Shown in pieces: positions 7,296 through 15,581 of a DNA stretch of 62,553 bases. Position 1 is the stretch's first letter, and each line of letters begins with the position of its first letter. The stretch comes from a virus (taxonomy: Duplodnaviria > Caudoviricetes). The DNA lies in IMG/VR virus record IMGVR_UViG_3300042564_005954, positions 1-62,553 of that record; one strand, given 5' to 3'. The notes beneath the pieces were generated by a model, which was not told where the DNA came from, made no database searches, and saw only the letters and a program-made list of their open reading frames with translations. The translations under genes and the position numbers were made by a program.

Positions 7296-7643
7296 ATGAG
7301 AACATTAATTTTTTCAACACTATTTCTTTTAAGTTCATTTGTAACATTTGCCCAAAGTAATAAAGTTTACTTTTGTGTACAGGTTTGTTCAACTGAAAAC
7401 CCACATCTCTTAAAACCTGACATGGTTTCATTATTTTCAGCTGATACCGCAATGGTTGAATTGGCAGTCATAGAAAATAGAATGTTATCAAGAATCCTAT
7501 TTGTTTATGAAACTAAAGAAGAGCAAATAGCTGCTCATCAAAATTGGTTAAGATATTGGCCTGATGCTATGATGATTACGAGAACAGAGAGACAGGTTAA
7601 AAATTTATCTAAACTTTTCACAACAACTGAAAATGAAAACTAA
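7296..7643 (+). CDS. Secreted protein, possibly SPOR-like
   Basis: Signal peptide MRTLIFSTLFLLSSFVTFA-Q; VYFCVQV resembles the first strand of SPOR domains. Confidence 0.55.
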   Translation: MRTLIFSTLFLLSSFVTFAQSNKVYFCVQVCSTENPHLLKPDMVSLFSADTAMVELAVIENRMLSRILFVYETKEEQIAAHQNWLRYWPDAMMITRTERQVKNLSKLFTTTENEN

Positions 7644-7809
7644 TACTGAAAAAACTTATCATTGTAATTATTATAATGTAAATGAAGAAACCGTTTGGAC
7701 ATACGGTATTAATATTGAAGCTAAAAACTATTCCCAAGCATTAAAATTATTAAGAGAAAGATTTGGGATACAAGAAAGTCAAATAATTTACCTAACTTGT
7801 AAAAATTAA
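7633..7809 (+). CDS. Small hypothetical protein (58 aa)
   Basis: MKTNTEKTYHCNYY...LTCKN*; overlaps the previous stop and fills the gap. Confidence 0.55.
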   Translation: MKTNTEKTYHCNYYNVNEETVWTYGINIEAKNYSQALKLLRERFGIQESQIIYLTCKN

Positions 7810-7813
7810 TAAA

Positions 7814-8215
7814 ATGGGATTAGACATGTATACATACCGCACTTCGGTAAACTTTTCAAAACCTGTAGATTTTCAAGATGAGATTTATATGTTAAGTGAA
7901 AATGACGAAGATGCATATACTGAAATTGCATATTGGCGAAAACATCCTAATCTTCATGGATGGATGGAAGACCTTTATTATAAAAAAGGTGGTGTAAAAG
8001 AATCTTTTAATTGTGTACCTGTAGAACTTGAATTAGAGGATTTAGTTAACCTAGAAATTGCAATAAAAGAAAAAACCCTTCCTCATACATCAGGTTTCTT
8101 TTTTGGCGAATCTGGTACTGATAAAGAAAGTATAAAACAAGATCTTAAGTTTATAAAAGATGCAAAAGATGCAATTGCTGAAGGAGATCGCGTATTTTAT
8201 GATTCATGGTGGTAA
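7814..8215 (+). CDS. Conserved phage hypothetical protein
   Basis: MGLDMY...YWRKHPNLHGW...GFFFG...YDSWW pattern common in phages. Confidence 0.7.
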   Translation: MGLDMYTYRTSVNFSKPVDFQDEIYMLSENDEDAYTEIAYWRKHPNLHGWMEDLYYKKGGVKESFNCVPVELELEDLVNLEIAIKEKTLPHTSGFFFGESGTDKESIKQDLKFIKDAKDAIAEGDRVFYDSWW

Positions 8216-8226
8216 ACAAAAATAAT

Positions 8227-8439
8227 ATGAAAGAAGAAGCAAAAAATATCCTAATTAAAAAGATGCAAACATGCAATAACATTTTTGGTGATAACATTTT
8301 AACAGAAGGTCAAGCTAAAGGTTGTTTAATCGTTGCAGTAAACCTAGTCATAGATGCATTAGAGAATAAAGATGATCTTAATTGGTGGAAAGATTTTAAA
8401 GATGAAGTTAAAAAACATAATACCACTATTATTATATAG
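8227..8439 (+). CDS. Hypothetical protein
   Basis: ORF in operon; ATG 8227 after A-rich leader. Confidence 0.6.
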   Translation: MKEEAKNILIKKMQTCNNIFGDNILTEGQAKGCLIVAVNLVIDALENKDDLNWWKDFKDEVKKHNTTIII

Positions 8440-8534
8440 TGTTTATTTCACCTCTAGCATTATGACAATATATATTATAAAGGTTGGTTAAAAGTATGAC
8501 CAGCCTTAATTTTATTAATTTAGTAAACTTTTTT

Positions 8535-8756
8535 ATGAGCTGTTTAATTAAATTTTATTTAACATATTACTTAATAGGTATTTTATCTTGTGCATTTTTT
8601 GAGTTTTTGATTAATAAAGTAAAGAATGTTTTAAATGATAAAATAAGATCTATTACCTGGACTGATCGTTTTTGGTATACAAATCTTTGGCCTTCTTTCT
8701 TGGTGTTTTTCTTTATAACAATTTTTAAAACACTAAAAAACAAAGGAAATGATTAA
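8535..8756 (+). CDS. Small membrane protein
   Basis: Two hydrophobic segments, LWP motif; start uncertain. Confidence 0.5.
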   Translation: MSCLIKFYLTYYLIGILSCAFFEFLINKVKNVLNDKIRSITWTDRFWYTNLWPSFLVFFFITIFKTLKNKGND

Positions 8757-8853
8757 TTATCAAATCTTGGTAGATACAGTATTAATAGGCATACTTTTTC
8801 TATGTGTTTCTTGTGTTATTTATGGAATACAAAACTTTTTTAAAAAAAGATAA
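8749..8853 (+). CDS. Small membrane peptide (34 aa)
   Basis: MINYQILVDTVLIGILFLCVSCVIYGIQNFFKKR*; one TM segment plus basic tail. Confidence 0.45.
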   Translation: MINYQILVDTVLIGILFLCVSCVIYGIQNFFKKR

Positions 8854-8908
8854 AAAAAGTCTATAAAAAGTTTTAAAATCCCAATAATATTGTTTATATT
8901 TATATTAT
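8853..8908 (+). promoter_or_regulatory. Class-A promoter, copy 5
   Basis: AAAAAAGT(8853), ATCCCAA(8878), TATATTTA(8895). Confidence 0.8.
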
Positions 8909-8929
8909 TAAATAATAAACAAAACGGAA

Positions 8930-9460
8930 ATGCTAACAACAACATTTTTTACATCTCTTAAAAATACAACACCTTCAAAAGTTTGTAAATTGGAAGAAAT
9001 TTTCGGTATCATTAAATCTGAAAAGTATAAACCTATTGTCTCTAAAATAAGAGCAGAAGAATTACCTAGTAAATCGCCTCTAAAAAACAAAATACCTGTT
9101 TTTACTCCTACTGGCGTTTTTAACCACAGGTCTATTAAAGGATTGGAAGTTTATAACGGTATTATATGTTTAGATCTAGACAGTGTAGAAGATCCACAAT
9201 CTCTCAAGGAAATGTGTAAAACTTTACCTTATGTTTATGCTGCATTTATTACACCATCTGGTAAAGGGCTAAAGGTAATAATTAAAACATCTGCTAATAC
9301 TGATGAATATAAAGTAATGGAGGAATCGGTATCCAAAAGATTCTTTGATGATACCGGGTTTATGAGAGATAATCGTTGTAAGGATATTGCAAGAATACAG
9401 TTTCTTTCTTATGACCCAAATCTTTATTATAATGAGCAATCAGAATTTTTTAATATTTAA
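8930..9460 (+). CDS. BT4734/BF3469-family (VirE N-terminal, AEP-like) stand-alone domain
   Basis: FTPTGVF, CLDLD, FITPSGKGLK and KDIARIQFLSYDP motifs. Confidence 0.8.
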   Translation: MLTTTFFTSLKNTTPSKVCKLEEIFGIIKSEKYKPIVSKIRAEELPSKSPLKNKIPVFTPTGVFNHRSIKGLEVYNGIICLDLDSVEDPQSLKEMCKTLPYVYAAFITPSGKGLKVIIKTSANTDEYKVMEESVSKRFFDDTGFMRDNRCKDIARIQFLSYDPNLYYNEQSEFFNI

Positions 9461-9471
9461 AATAAAAAGAC

Positions 9472-9807
9472 ATGTTTAAGATTACAGGTAAAAACGGTTT
9501 TCATTTAGTATTTGGAAATGACATATCAATATCGGTTATATGGGGTCCTGGCACATACAGTGATAACCGTGATAAACATAAATTTGTAGATGATGTAATT
9601 ATGACATCTAAAACTGCAGAGATTATGATATGGGATATGAAAAACGATAGAGATATTCTTTGGTGGGGTTCAGATGAAGTTATAGGATGGCTAACAGTGG
9701 ATGATGTTATAAAAATAATGGCTGTGTGCCAAGATTCTTCTTCATTAAGTGAAATCAGTAAAAAACTAGAAGTACTTAAATTTATAAAACCTAATTTGGA
9801 AAACTAA
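9472..9807 (+). CDS. Hypothetical protein
   Basis: 111-aa ORF with GPGTYSD and EVIGW motifs seen in phage proteins. Confidence 0.65.
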   Translation: MFKITGKNGFHLVFGNDISISVIWGPGTYSDNRDKHKFVDDVIMTSKTAEIMIWDMKNDRDILWWGSDEVIGWLTVDDVIKIMAVCQDSSSLSEISKKLEVLKFIKPNLEN

Positions 9808-9820
9808 AATAAAAAATATT

Positions 9821-9934
9821 ATGACCTATTGTATAGTGATACCTTTAATTATTCTTGTCATAAATCTTTTGGCTCTTCACCTAATGATAAGAAATGTACA
9901 AATAAAAGATAAAAAAGATGATGATAACATTTAG
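9821..9934 (+). CDS. Small membrane peptide (37 aa)
   Basis: MTYCIVIPLIILVINLLALHLM... plus charged tail. Confidence 0.45.
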   Translation: MTYCIVIPLIILVINLLALHLMIRNVQIKDKKDDDNI

Positions 9935-10001
9935 CACTCTTATGTATTTTAGTCCTGATGTTTGGTATAGTACCAATACATTAAATATTACCGTAAACTA
10001 T

Positions 10002-10025
10002 AATGGGAACCTATAGGTTCCCATT
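10002..10025. terminator. Palindromic hairpin between convergent genes (likely bidirectional terminator)
   Basis: Perfect 24-bp palindrome AATGGGAACC-TATA-GGTTCCCATT. Confidence 0.7.
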
Positions 10026-10027
10026 TG

Positions 10028-10435
10028 TTATCTTTTAATTTCGTTTTGAAGATATTCATTTGCAGCTAAAAGGTAGTCTTTTGCCTTAACTAATTTTGAC
10101 TGCCACCAATGAGGGAAATCAACCTCTCCCATATTTCCTAAAGTCATTAATGCCGATTTAAGTTCTTGCACCGATCTTTCCATTGTCATAAGATCCCCTA
10201 AGATCATTCCTACCTCGTCCTCCTCTCCTATCTCTACATCTTCTTCTACTTGTTCAGACCAATGCGGGCTTTTTACTTCACCTCTTGTTGGATATACATC
10301 ATAGCCTTGATATTCAGGCGAGTTATATGCATTTGTGTTTTTTCCAGCCTGTGCATCCCAAAAAGATTTAAAATCTTTAACACTTCCTTTAAAGTATCTT
10401 ATCTTTTCTAATTCTTCCGATTGCTTATTGTTCAT
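10028..10435 (-). CDS. Putative head-associated protein
   Basis: VKDFKSF tag-like motif; C-terminal PHWWQSKLVKAKDYL helical domain recalled from T4-like phage proteins; start at 10435 overlaps the upstream stop. Confidence 0.6.
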   Translation of the reverse strand: MNNKQSEELEKIRYFKGSVKDFKSFWDAQAGKNTNAYNSPEYQGYDVYPTRGEVKSPHWSEQVEEDVEIGEEDEVGMILGDLMTMERSVQELKSALMTLGNMGEVDFPHWWQSKLVKAKDYLLAANEYLQNEIKR

Positions 10436-10967
10436 CCTTTTTAAATTGTTTTTTAAGTTCATGAATTGCATTTTGAACTTTAAGTTTTTCACGCTCTATT
10501 TTATCAATTTTTATTCTTAGTTGATAAAACTCAATTGCAAAATTATCTTGTCTTTCTTGAGCTGCTCTAAATCTTCTAAGATTCATTTCTTCTCTCTTTT
10601 CTAATCTTTCCAAAGTTTCATTAGGCTCAAATTCGTAATCTTCAGCTTCATAGACACTTTCATTTTTATCCATCATTTTTCGTGTTTCATACACTTCATC
10701 AATTCTTTTATCTATATGTTTTTTTACTTCAGATAAATATCCGTGTGCAGTGTGTTCAGGATTATCGTTACTTTCATATGTATATGCTTCATCTGCAATT
10801 TTAGATGCAGCTTCATTTATGTAACCTGTTATAGGTTGTAAACTATATCCTGTTACAGGAATTGTTGTTGATAGAGAATACGGCCTTAAATAGTTAGGAC
10901 CAAATCCTGCAATTACTACATCTTCATTAGTATTATTGAATTCTTCAAAGGAAACTACTTTGCTCAT
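10425..10967 (-). CDS. Tagged protein (putative internal head protein)
   Basis: MSKVVSFEEFNNTNE tag-like start; internal INE-A and VYE-A sites; AATATATA box upstream on - strand (10991-10998). Confidence 0.7.
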   Translation of the reverse strand: MSKVVSFEEFNNTNEDVVIAGFGPNYLRPYSLSTTIPVTGYSLQPITGYINEAASKIADEAYTYESNDNPEHTAHGYLSEVKKHIDKRIDEVYETRKMMDKNESVYEAEDYEFEPNETLERLEKREEMNLRRFRAAQERQDNFAIEFYQLRIKIDKIEREKLKVQNAIHELKKQFKKDEQ

Positions 10968-11043
10968 ATTTAGTTTTTATGTTGTTTTATTATATATTCT
11001 TAAACAATACCACTAGTAGATTATATAAAAATAAATAGTAATT

Positions 11044-11244
11044 ATGAATGATTTCTTTAAAACTTTAATAGGTCGTAAACTTTTTGAAAGTGATATACCT
11101 GATTTAATAAAAGCTTTGCATTCTTTATCAAAAGAACTAAAAACTTTAAACGAAAGAGAAGATAAAAAATTTAAGCTTGATGAAAGACTTAAAAGATTAC
11201 AGATAAAAGAACACCTTAATAAAGTAAATGAAAATACGAAATGA
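11044..11244 (+). CDS. Hypothetical protein
   Basis: 66-aa ORF coupled to the DnaJ-like gene (ATGA overlap). Confidence 0.65.
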   Translation: MNDFFKTLIGRKLFESDIPDLIKALHSLSKELKTLNEREDKKFKLDERLKRLQIKEHLNKVNENTK

Positions 11245-12047
11245 AAGATCCGTATTTTATTTTAGGTGTAAGCAAAAATTCAACAGATGATGAGATAAAA
11301 AAAGCTTATCGTAATCTTGCTATGAAATGGCATCCTGATAAGGAAGGCGGCAGCGAGGAAAAATTTAAAGAAATAGCAGATGCGTATGAAACCTTAAGTG
11401 ATTCTACAAAGAAAAGGAATTATGATAACAGAAATGCTTTTCATTTTGATGATAGTATTTTTGATGACATAATAAAAAGTGGCGGTTTTTCTGATATGTT
11501 TAACAATAGGTATGGCTTTACTAATGGTAAAGGTTCTGATGTTAAAGCAAATATTATGGTCTCTTTGGAAGAAGCTTATTTTGGCACAACTCGTGAAATA
11601 CGTATAGGTCTTAAAACAGTAAATGTTAATATTCCGCAAGGCATTAAGAATGGTATGAAATTAAGATTAAAGGGATTAGGACAAAGAGGACAAACTGAAG
11701 ATCTTAATGGTGACTTAATTCTTTCTGTTGAAGTTTTAGAAGATCCTAATTTTTTTATTGATAATATAGGCTTACATACCATACAAAAAATTAATGTATT
11801 TGATGCTATGTTAGGCTCAAAAAGTACTATAAAAGTATTTGATAGAAACATAACATATCAAATACCAGAAGGTACACAAAATGGAAAGGTGTTAAGAATA
11901 AAAGAAAAAGGATTTCCTGTGTATAATAGGCCTAATGAATATAACGATTTACTAATTACTATTATAATTGAAATACCTGAATCATTTGATGAACAAAGTA
12001 AAAAAGACTTAAAAGTAATAAAAGAAAGAATATATGGAAGATCCTAA
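11241..12047 (+). CDS. DnaJ/CbpA-type co-chaperone lacking the zinc finger
   Basis: J domain with HPD (DPYFILGV...WHPDK...AYETLSD) and DnaJ C-terminal domain. Confidence 0.92.
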   Translation: MKDPYFILGVSKNSTDDEIKKAYRNLAMKWHPDKEGGSEEKFKEIADAYETLSDSTKKRNYDNRNAFHFDDSIFDDIIKSGGFSDMFNNRYGFTNGKGSDVKANIMVSLEEAYFGTTREIRIGLKTVNVNIPQGIKNGMKLRLKGLGQRGQTEDLNGDLILSVEVLEDPNFFIDNIGLHTIQKINVFDAMLGSKSTIKVFDRNITYQIPEGTQNGKVLRIKEKGFPVYNRPNEYNDLLITIIIEIPESFDEQSKKDLKVIKERIYGRS

Positions 12048-12303
12048 CAAAAAACAAAAAAGTATTGTTGAATCCTTAATGGGATATATGATGAAGCATC
12101 ATTATGAAGACTATATGAATCTTAAGTATGATGTTTTAATTAATACAACAGAAAGTGTCATAAGACAAAATTATGCTCCATTTGGTGAAGCGGTTTTTAA
12201 AGATATAATAACTTTCTTTGAGGAAAGAGAAGAATATGAAAAATGTCAAGCATTAGTAGATCTTAAGAAAAAAATTTTAAATAAAGAGAAAAAAGTTCAT
12301 TAA
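12034..12303 (+). CDS. Hypothetical protein with UVR-like C-terminal motif
   Basis: [12 protein letters not shown] motif. Confidence 0.6.
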   Translation: MEDPNKKQKSIVESLMGYMMKHHYEDYMNLKYDVLINTTESVIRQNYAPFGEAVFKDIITFFEEREEYEKCQALVDLKKKILNKEKKVH

Positions 12304-12344
12304 AAATTTTAAAATCCTAACTATTTGTATTATTTTTATATTAT
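12289..12344 (+). promoter_or_regulatory. Class-A promoter, copy 6
   Basis: AAAAAAGT(12289), ATCCTAA(12314), TATTTTTA(12331). Confidence 0.7.
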
Positions 12345-12360
12345 AATAATTAATACAAAC

Positions 12361-13671
12361 ATGAACGGAAACTTAATTAAAAACCTACAAACATTATTAG
12401 TATTTTTAGATGAAATGAATGCAAGTTCTTCAAATAATGCAAAACTTACAATCATCAAAAAATACTCAAACAATGAATTTATCGTAAAGGTATTTCAGTA
12501 CACATTTAACCATTATAAAAAATATGGTGTACATACAAAGGTTCTTAAAAAACATTCTAACCTTTGTTTAAGCGAATCCATTTATGATGACCTATTTCCT
12601 TTATTAGACGATTTAGCAGAAAGAAATATTACAGGCCACTCTGCTATACAAGCTGTTAATACATTCATAAATACTCTTCCTCAAGAACTTCATAAATTAA
12701 TTTATAGAATACTTGATAGAGATCTTCAAATGGGTGCATCTTTAACAAGTATTTTAAAAATAATCCCAGGTATTGTTCCTACATTTAAAGTTGCTCTTGC
12801 TCATCCGTATCATCCTAGCCGAGTTGATTTTCAAAATGAAATTTGGTACGGCAGTAGAAAATTGGATGGTGTTCGTTGTATTTGTAGAAAAGAAGGAAAT
12901 AGTGTAACATTCTTTTCAAGAAATGGCAAAGAATTTGAAACGTTAGGAAACCTTGAAAAAGAGATCCAAAAAATACCTGGCAACTTTATATTAGACGGAG
13001 AAGTCTGTATAGTGAATAAAAATGGAAAGGAAGATTTTCAAGGTATTATGAAAGAAATACGTCGCAAAGATCATACAATAGAAAATCCTAAATTTCTCGT
13101 ATTTGATTATCTTTCCATTGAACAGTTTGATGAAACTTCAGAATCCAATAATGCAAATCTTTCAATTAGATTAAGCTTATTAAATATTATTCTTTCTGAT
13201 TCAAATTCTTTATTTATTGAACCTATTTCGCAAGTTGTTATTAAAGATGAAACACAATTTACAGAAATGGTTAAAGAAGCTGAAACTGAAGGATATGAAG
13301 GAATTATGTTAAGAAAGGACCTACCATACGAAGGTACAAGATCTCATAACCTTTTAAAGGTTAAAAAATTCCACGATGCAGAGTATAAAGTGCTAAACAC
13401 AGTTAATGGAATTATACGTTGGATAGAAGGTGGAATAACTGTTCAAAGAGAAACGTTAAGTGCTATTATAATTGAACACAAAGGATGTTTAGTAAATGTA
13501 GGTAGCGGATTCTCTAAAGAACAGAGAGAAAGATATTATGCTAATCCTGGTGAACTGATTGGTAAAACTGTAACTATACAATATTTCGAAGAATCACAAA
13601 ATCAAATGGGAGGCTATAGTTTAAGATTCCCGGTGGTAAAACATATTTATGAAAACGGCAGAGATTGCTAA
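12361..13671 (+). CDS. lig: ATP-dependent DNA ligase
   Basis: KLDGVR (motif I), LDGE, VFD, EGIML, LLKVK and OB-fold LRFP. Confidence 0.95.
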   Translation: MNGNLIKNLQTLLVFLDEMNASSSNNAKLTIIKKYSNNEFIVKVFQYTFNHYKKYGVHTKVLKKHSNLCLSESIYDDLFPLLDDLAERNITGHSAIQAVNTFINTLPQELHKLIYRILDRDLQMGASLTSILKIIPGIVPTFKVALAHPYHPSRVDFQNEIWYGSRKLDGVRCICRKEGNSVTFFSRNGKEFETLGNLEKEIQKIPGNFILDGEVCIVNKNGKEDFQGIMKEIRRKDHTIENPKFLVFDYLSIEQFDETSESNNANLSIRLSLLNIILSDSNSLFIEPISQVVIKDETQFTEMVKEAETEGYEGIMLRKDLPYEGTRSHNLLKVKKFHDAEYKVLNTVNGIIRWIEGGITVQRETLSAIIIEHKGCLVNVGSGFSKEQRERYYANPGELIGKTVTIQYFEESQNQMGGYSLRFPVVKHIYENGRDC

Positions 13672-13684
13672 TAAATTAAATTAT

Positions 13685-14533
13685 ATGAAAAAATTATCTT
13701 TATTATTCTTAGCATTTATTACATTAAGTTGTGCTGAGGAAAAAGCATTCCGTTGTGTAACCGATGATCATATACCATTGTCTGATTATGAAATTGTACA
13801 AGTTTCAAAATCATTTAATAAATCTAAAAGTAAGTCTTTAGGACAAGATGAAGAAAAGACTGAAGTATTTGCTGGCAGGTTTGATAATGTTAAAGGTTCT
13901 AAGTATAAAGGGATAGGATTTCCTAAAGGTAGAAAATGGTTAACAATAAGCGAATGGCGCGGTGAACATATTAAAGATAAAAATAAAAAGGAAAAGTTTT
14001 TACTTTGGAGAGAATACTATAAAGAGCAGTTTATTTATGAAATTAGCAAAGCTGCAATTGCAGAAAGTATGGTTTATAAAGATATTCCACCGTCACTTAT
14101 AGTTGCTCAAGTTATATTAGAAAGTAATTATGGTATGTCAAGACTTGCTGTTACTGCAAACAATTTCTTTGGCCATAAATATAATGGCAAAGATAAAGAA
14201 AAATTTATCATTGCAGCAGATGACTCGCCTACAGATAAATTTACTGTTTTTAGGTCTAGGTGGTATTGCATGAGAGCTCACAGTAAACTCTTAATGAGAA
14301 TGTATCATAAACGTGTTAAGGGCAAGCCTACCGTTGATAATTGGCTTAATGCTTTATGTGGAGGTTCTAATTTAAGTCAGAGTAAAAGATGGGTTAGAAA
14401 AGGTAACTATGTTTATGCAACGTCTTGTTATAATGGAAGTTCATGTTATGCCGATTTGTTAAAATCTATTATAGAAAAGCATAATCTAAAAAGACTTGAT
14501 AAAATAAGATATGAAAGAAGAAAAGCTGTATAA
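13685..14533 (+). CDS. Glucosaminidase-family peptidoglycan hydrolase, predicted lipoprotein
   Basis: AQVILESNYG, NNFFG and YATS motifs; MKKLSLLFLAFITLS-C lipobox. Confidence 0.8.
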   Translation: MKKLSLLFLAFITLSCAEEKAFRCVTDDHIPLSDYEIVQVSKSFNKSKSKSLGQDEEKTEVFAGRFDNVKGSKYKGIGFPKGRKWLTISEWRGEHIKDKNKKEKFLLWREYYKEQFIYEISKAAIAESMVYKDIPPSLIVAQVILESNYGMSRLAVTANNFFGHKYNGKDKEKFIIAADDSPTDKFTVFRSRWYCMRAHSKLLMRMYHKRVKGKPTVDNWLNALCGGSNLSQSKRWVRKGNYVYATSCYNGSSCYADLLKSIIEKHNLKRLDKIRYERRKAV

Positions 14534-14984
14534 AAAAATAAATGTTTTTAAAAATGTCCTATTATCAATAAAAGAACTATCTGTATCTTCAACAACAAAG
14601 GTTGGCTGTATAGCTCTTAAAAAGGACTTTAGTAAAATAGCAAGTTTTGGTTATAATGGTTCATATAGCGGTGCATCAATAAATCCTACAACAGGAACTG
14701 AAGAAGAAAGTTTAGAGCCAGGTAAGAGTGGATTTATTCATGCTGAAATTAATATGATAGCAAAATTTAAAGAGAATGATCCTGAAAACTACATTATATT
14801 ACTAACACTTTCTCCATGTGATATGTGTACTAAAATTTTAGTAAATGCTGGATTTAAGAGCGTTTATTGGCTTGAAAATTACAGACAGATGGATCACTTA
14901 TCAATTTTTAAAAATTGTAAAATTAATCATGGTAATTTAGAAGACCTGGAAAAAGACTATCATAATATATACAATAAAGCATAG
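14511..14984 (+). CDS. dCMP deaminase
   Basis: GYNG, HAE and SPCDMC zinc motifs. Confidence 0.9.
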   Translation: MKEEKLYKKINVFKNVLLSIKELSVSSTTKVGCIALKKDFSKIASFGYNGSYSGASINPTTGTEEESLEPGKSGFIHAEINMIAKFKENDPENYIILLTLSPCDMCTKILVNAGFKSVYWLENYRQMDHLSIFKNCKINHGNLEDLEKDYHNIYNKA

Positions 14985-14986
14985 TC

Positions 14987-15562
14987 TTGATTTTAGAAGC
15001 AATAAGTTTTAAATTAGCATTAGACTTCTTTATTTACTTAAAGAAGAACGGCATAGTTTCAAATACAATTAAGGTTGATTTTTTTGATAGAGTTAAACAT
15101 GAATATGTTAACTATAGCTCTATTGAAGATATGCAATCATATTTTAATTTAAACTATGTACCTATAGATCCATGTAATCTTGGTGATCTATGTTCTATTC
15201 AATCATTTCTCTCAATAAGTAATACTTATAACTTTAGCATTAATTATAAAGTAAATGATGTTATAGGTAATTTAAGTATTAACCAAGGTTCAGGATTTGA
15301 CATTCAGAGGAATAGTCAAAGAGATGTGTTTAAACAAAGACAGCTCAATCTTGTAAAAAATACAATAGGTGAATATCTTTCATTTTATAATGAAATAAAA
15401 AAGATATACATAACAGGAATTTATTCCCCGTGTTATGCAGTACCAGGTTGGTCAGAAAATACTTGGTATCTTAACTCATTAAAAAGTGCAATAACAGCAC
15501 CTAATAATCTTTCTCAATTTCCATATAGGGATAAAAAAATAGAGACAAAACCACCTAAATAA
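14987..15562 (+). CDS. Hypothetical protein
   Basis: TTG start; AATATATA box at 14964-14971. Confidence 0.6.
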   Translation: MILEAISFKLALDFFIYLKKNGIVSNTIKVDFFDRVKHEYVNYSSIEDMQSYFNLNYVPIDPCNLGDLCSIQSFLSISNTYNFSINYKVNDVIGNLSINQGSGFDIQRNSQRDVFKQRQLNLVKNTIGEYLSFYNEIKKIYITGIYSPCYAVPGWSENTWYLNSLKSAITAPNNLSQFPYRDKKIETKPPK

Positions 15563-15581
15563 ATAAAAAAACAAAAATAAG

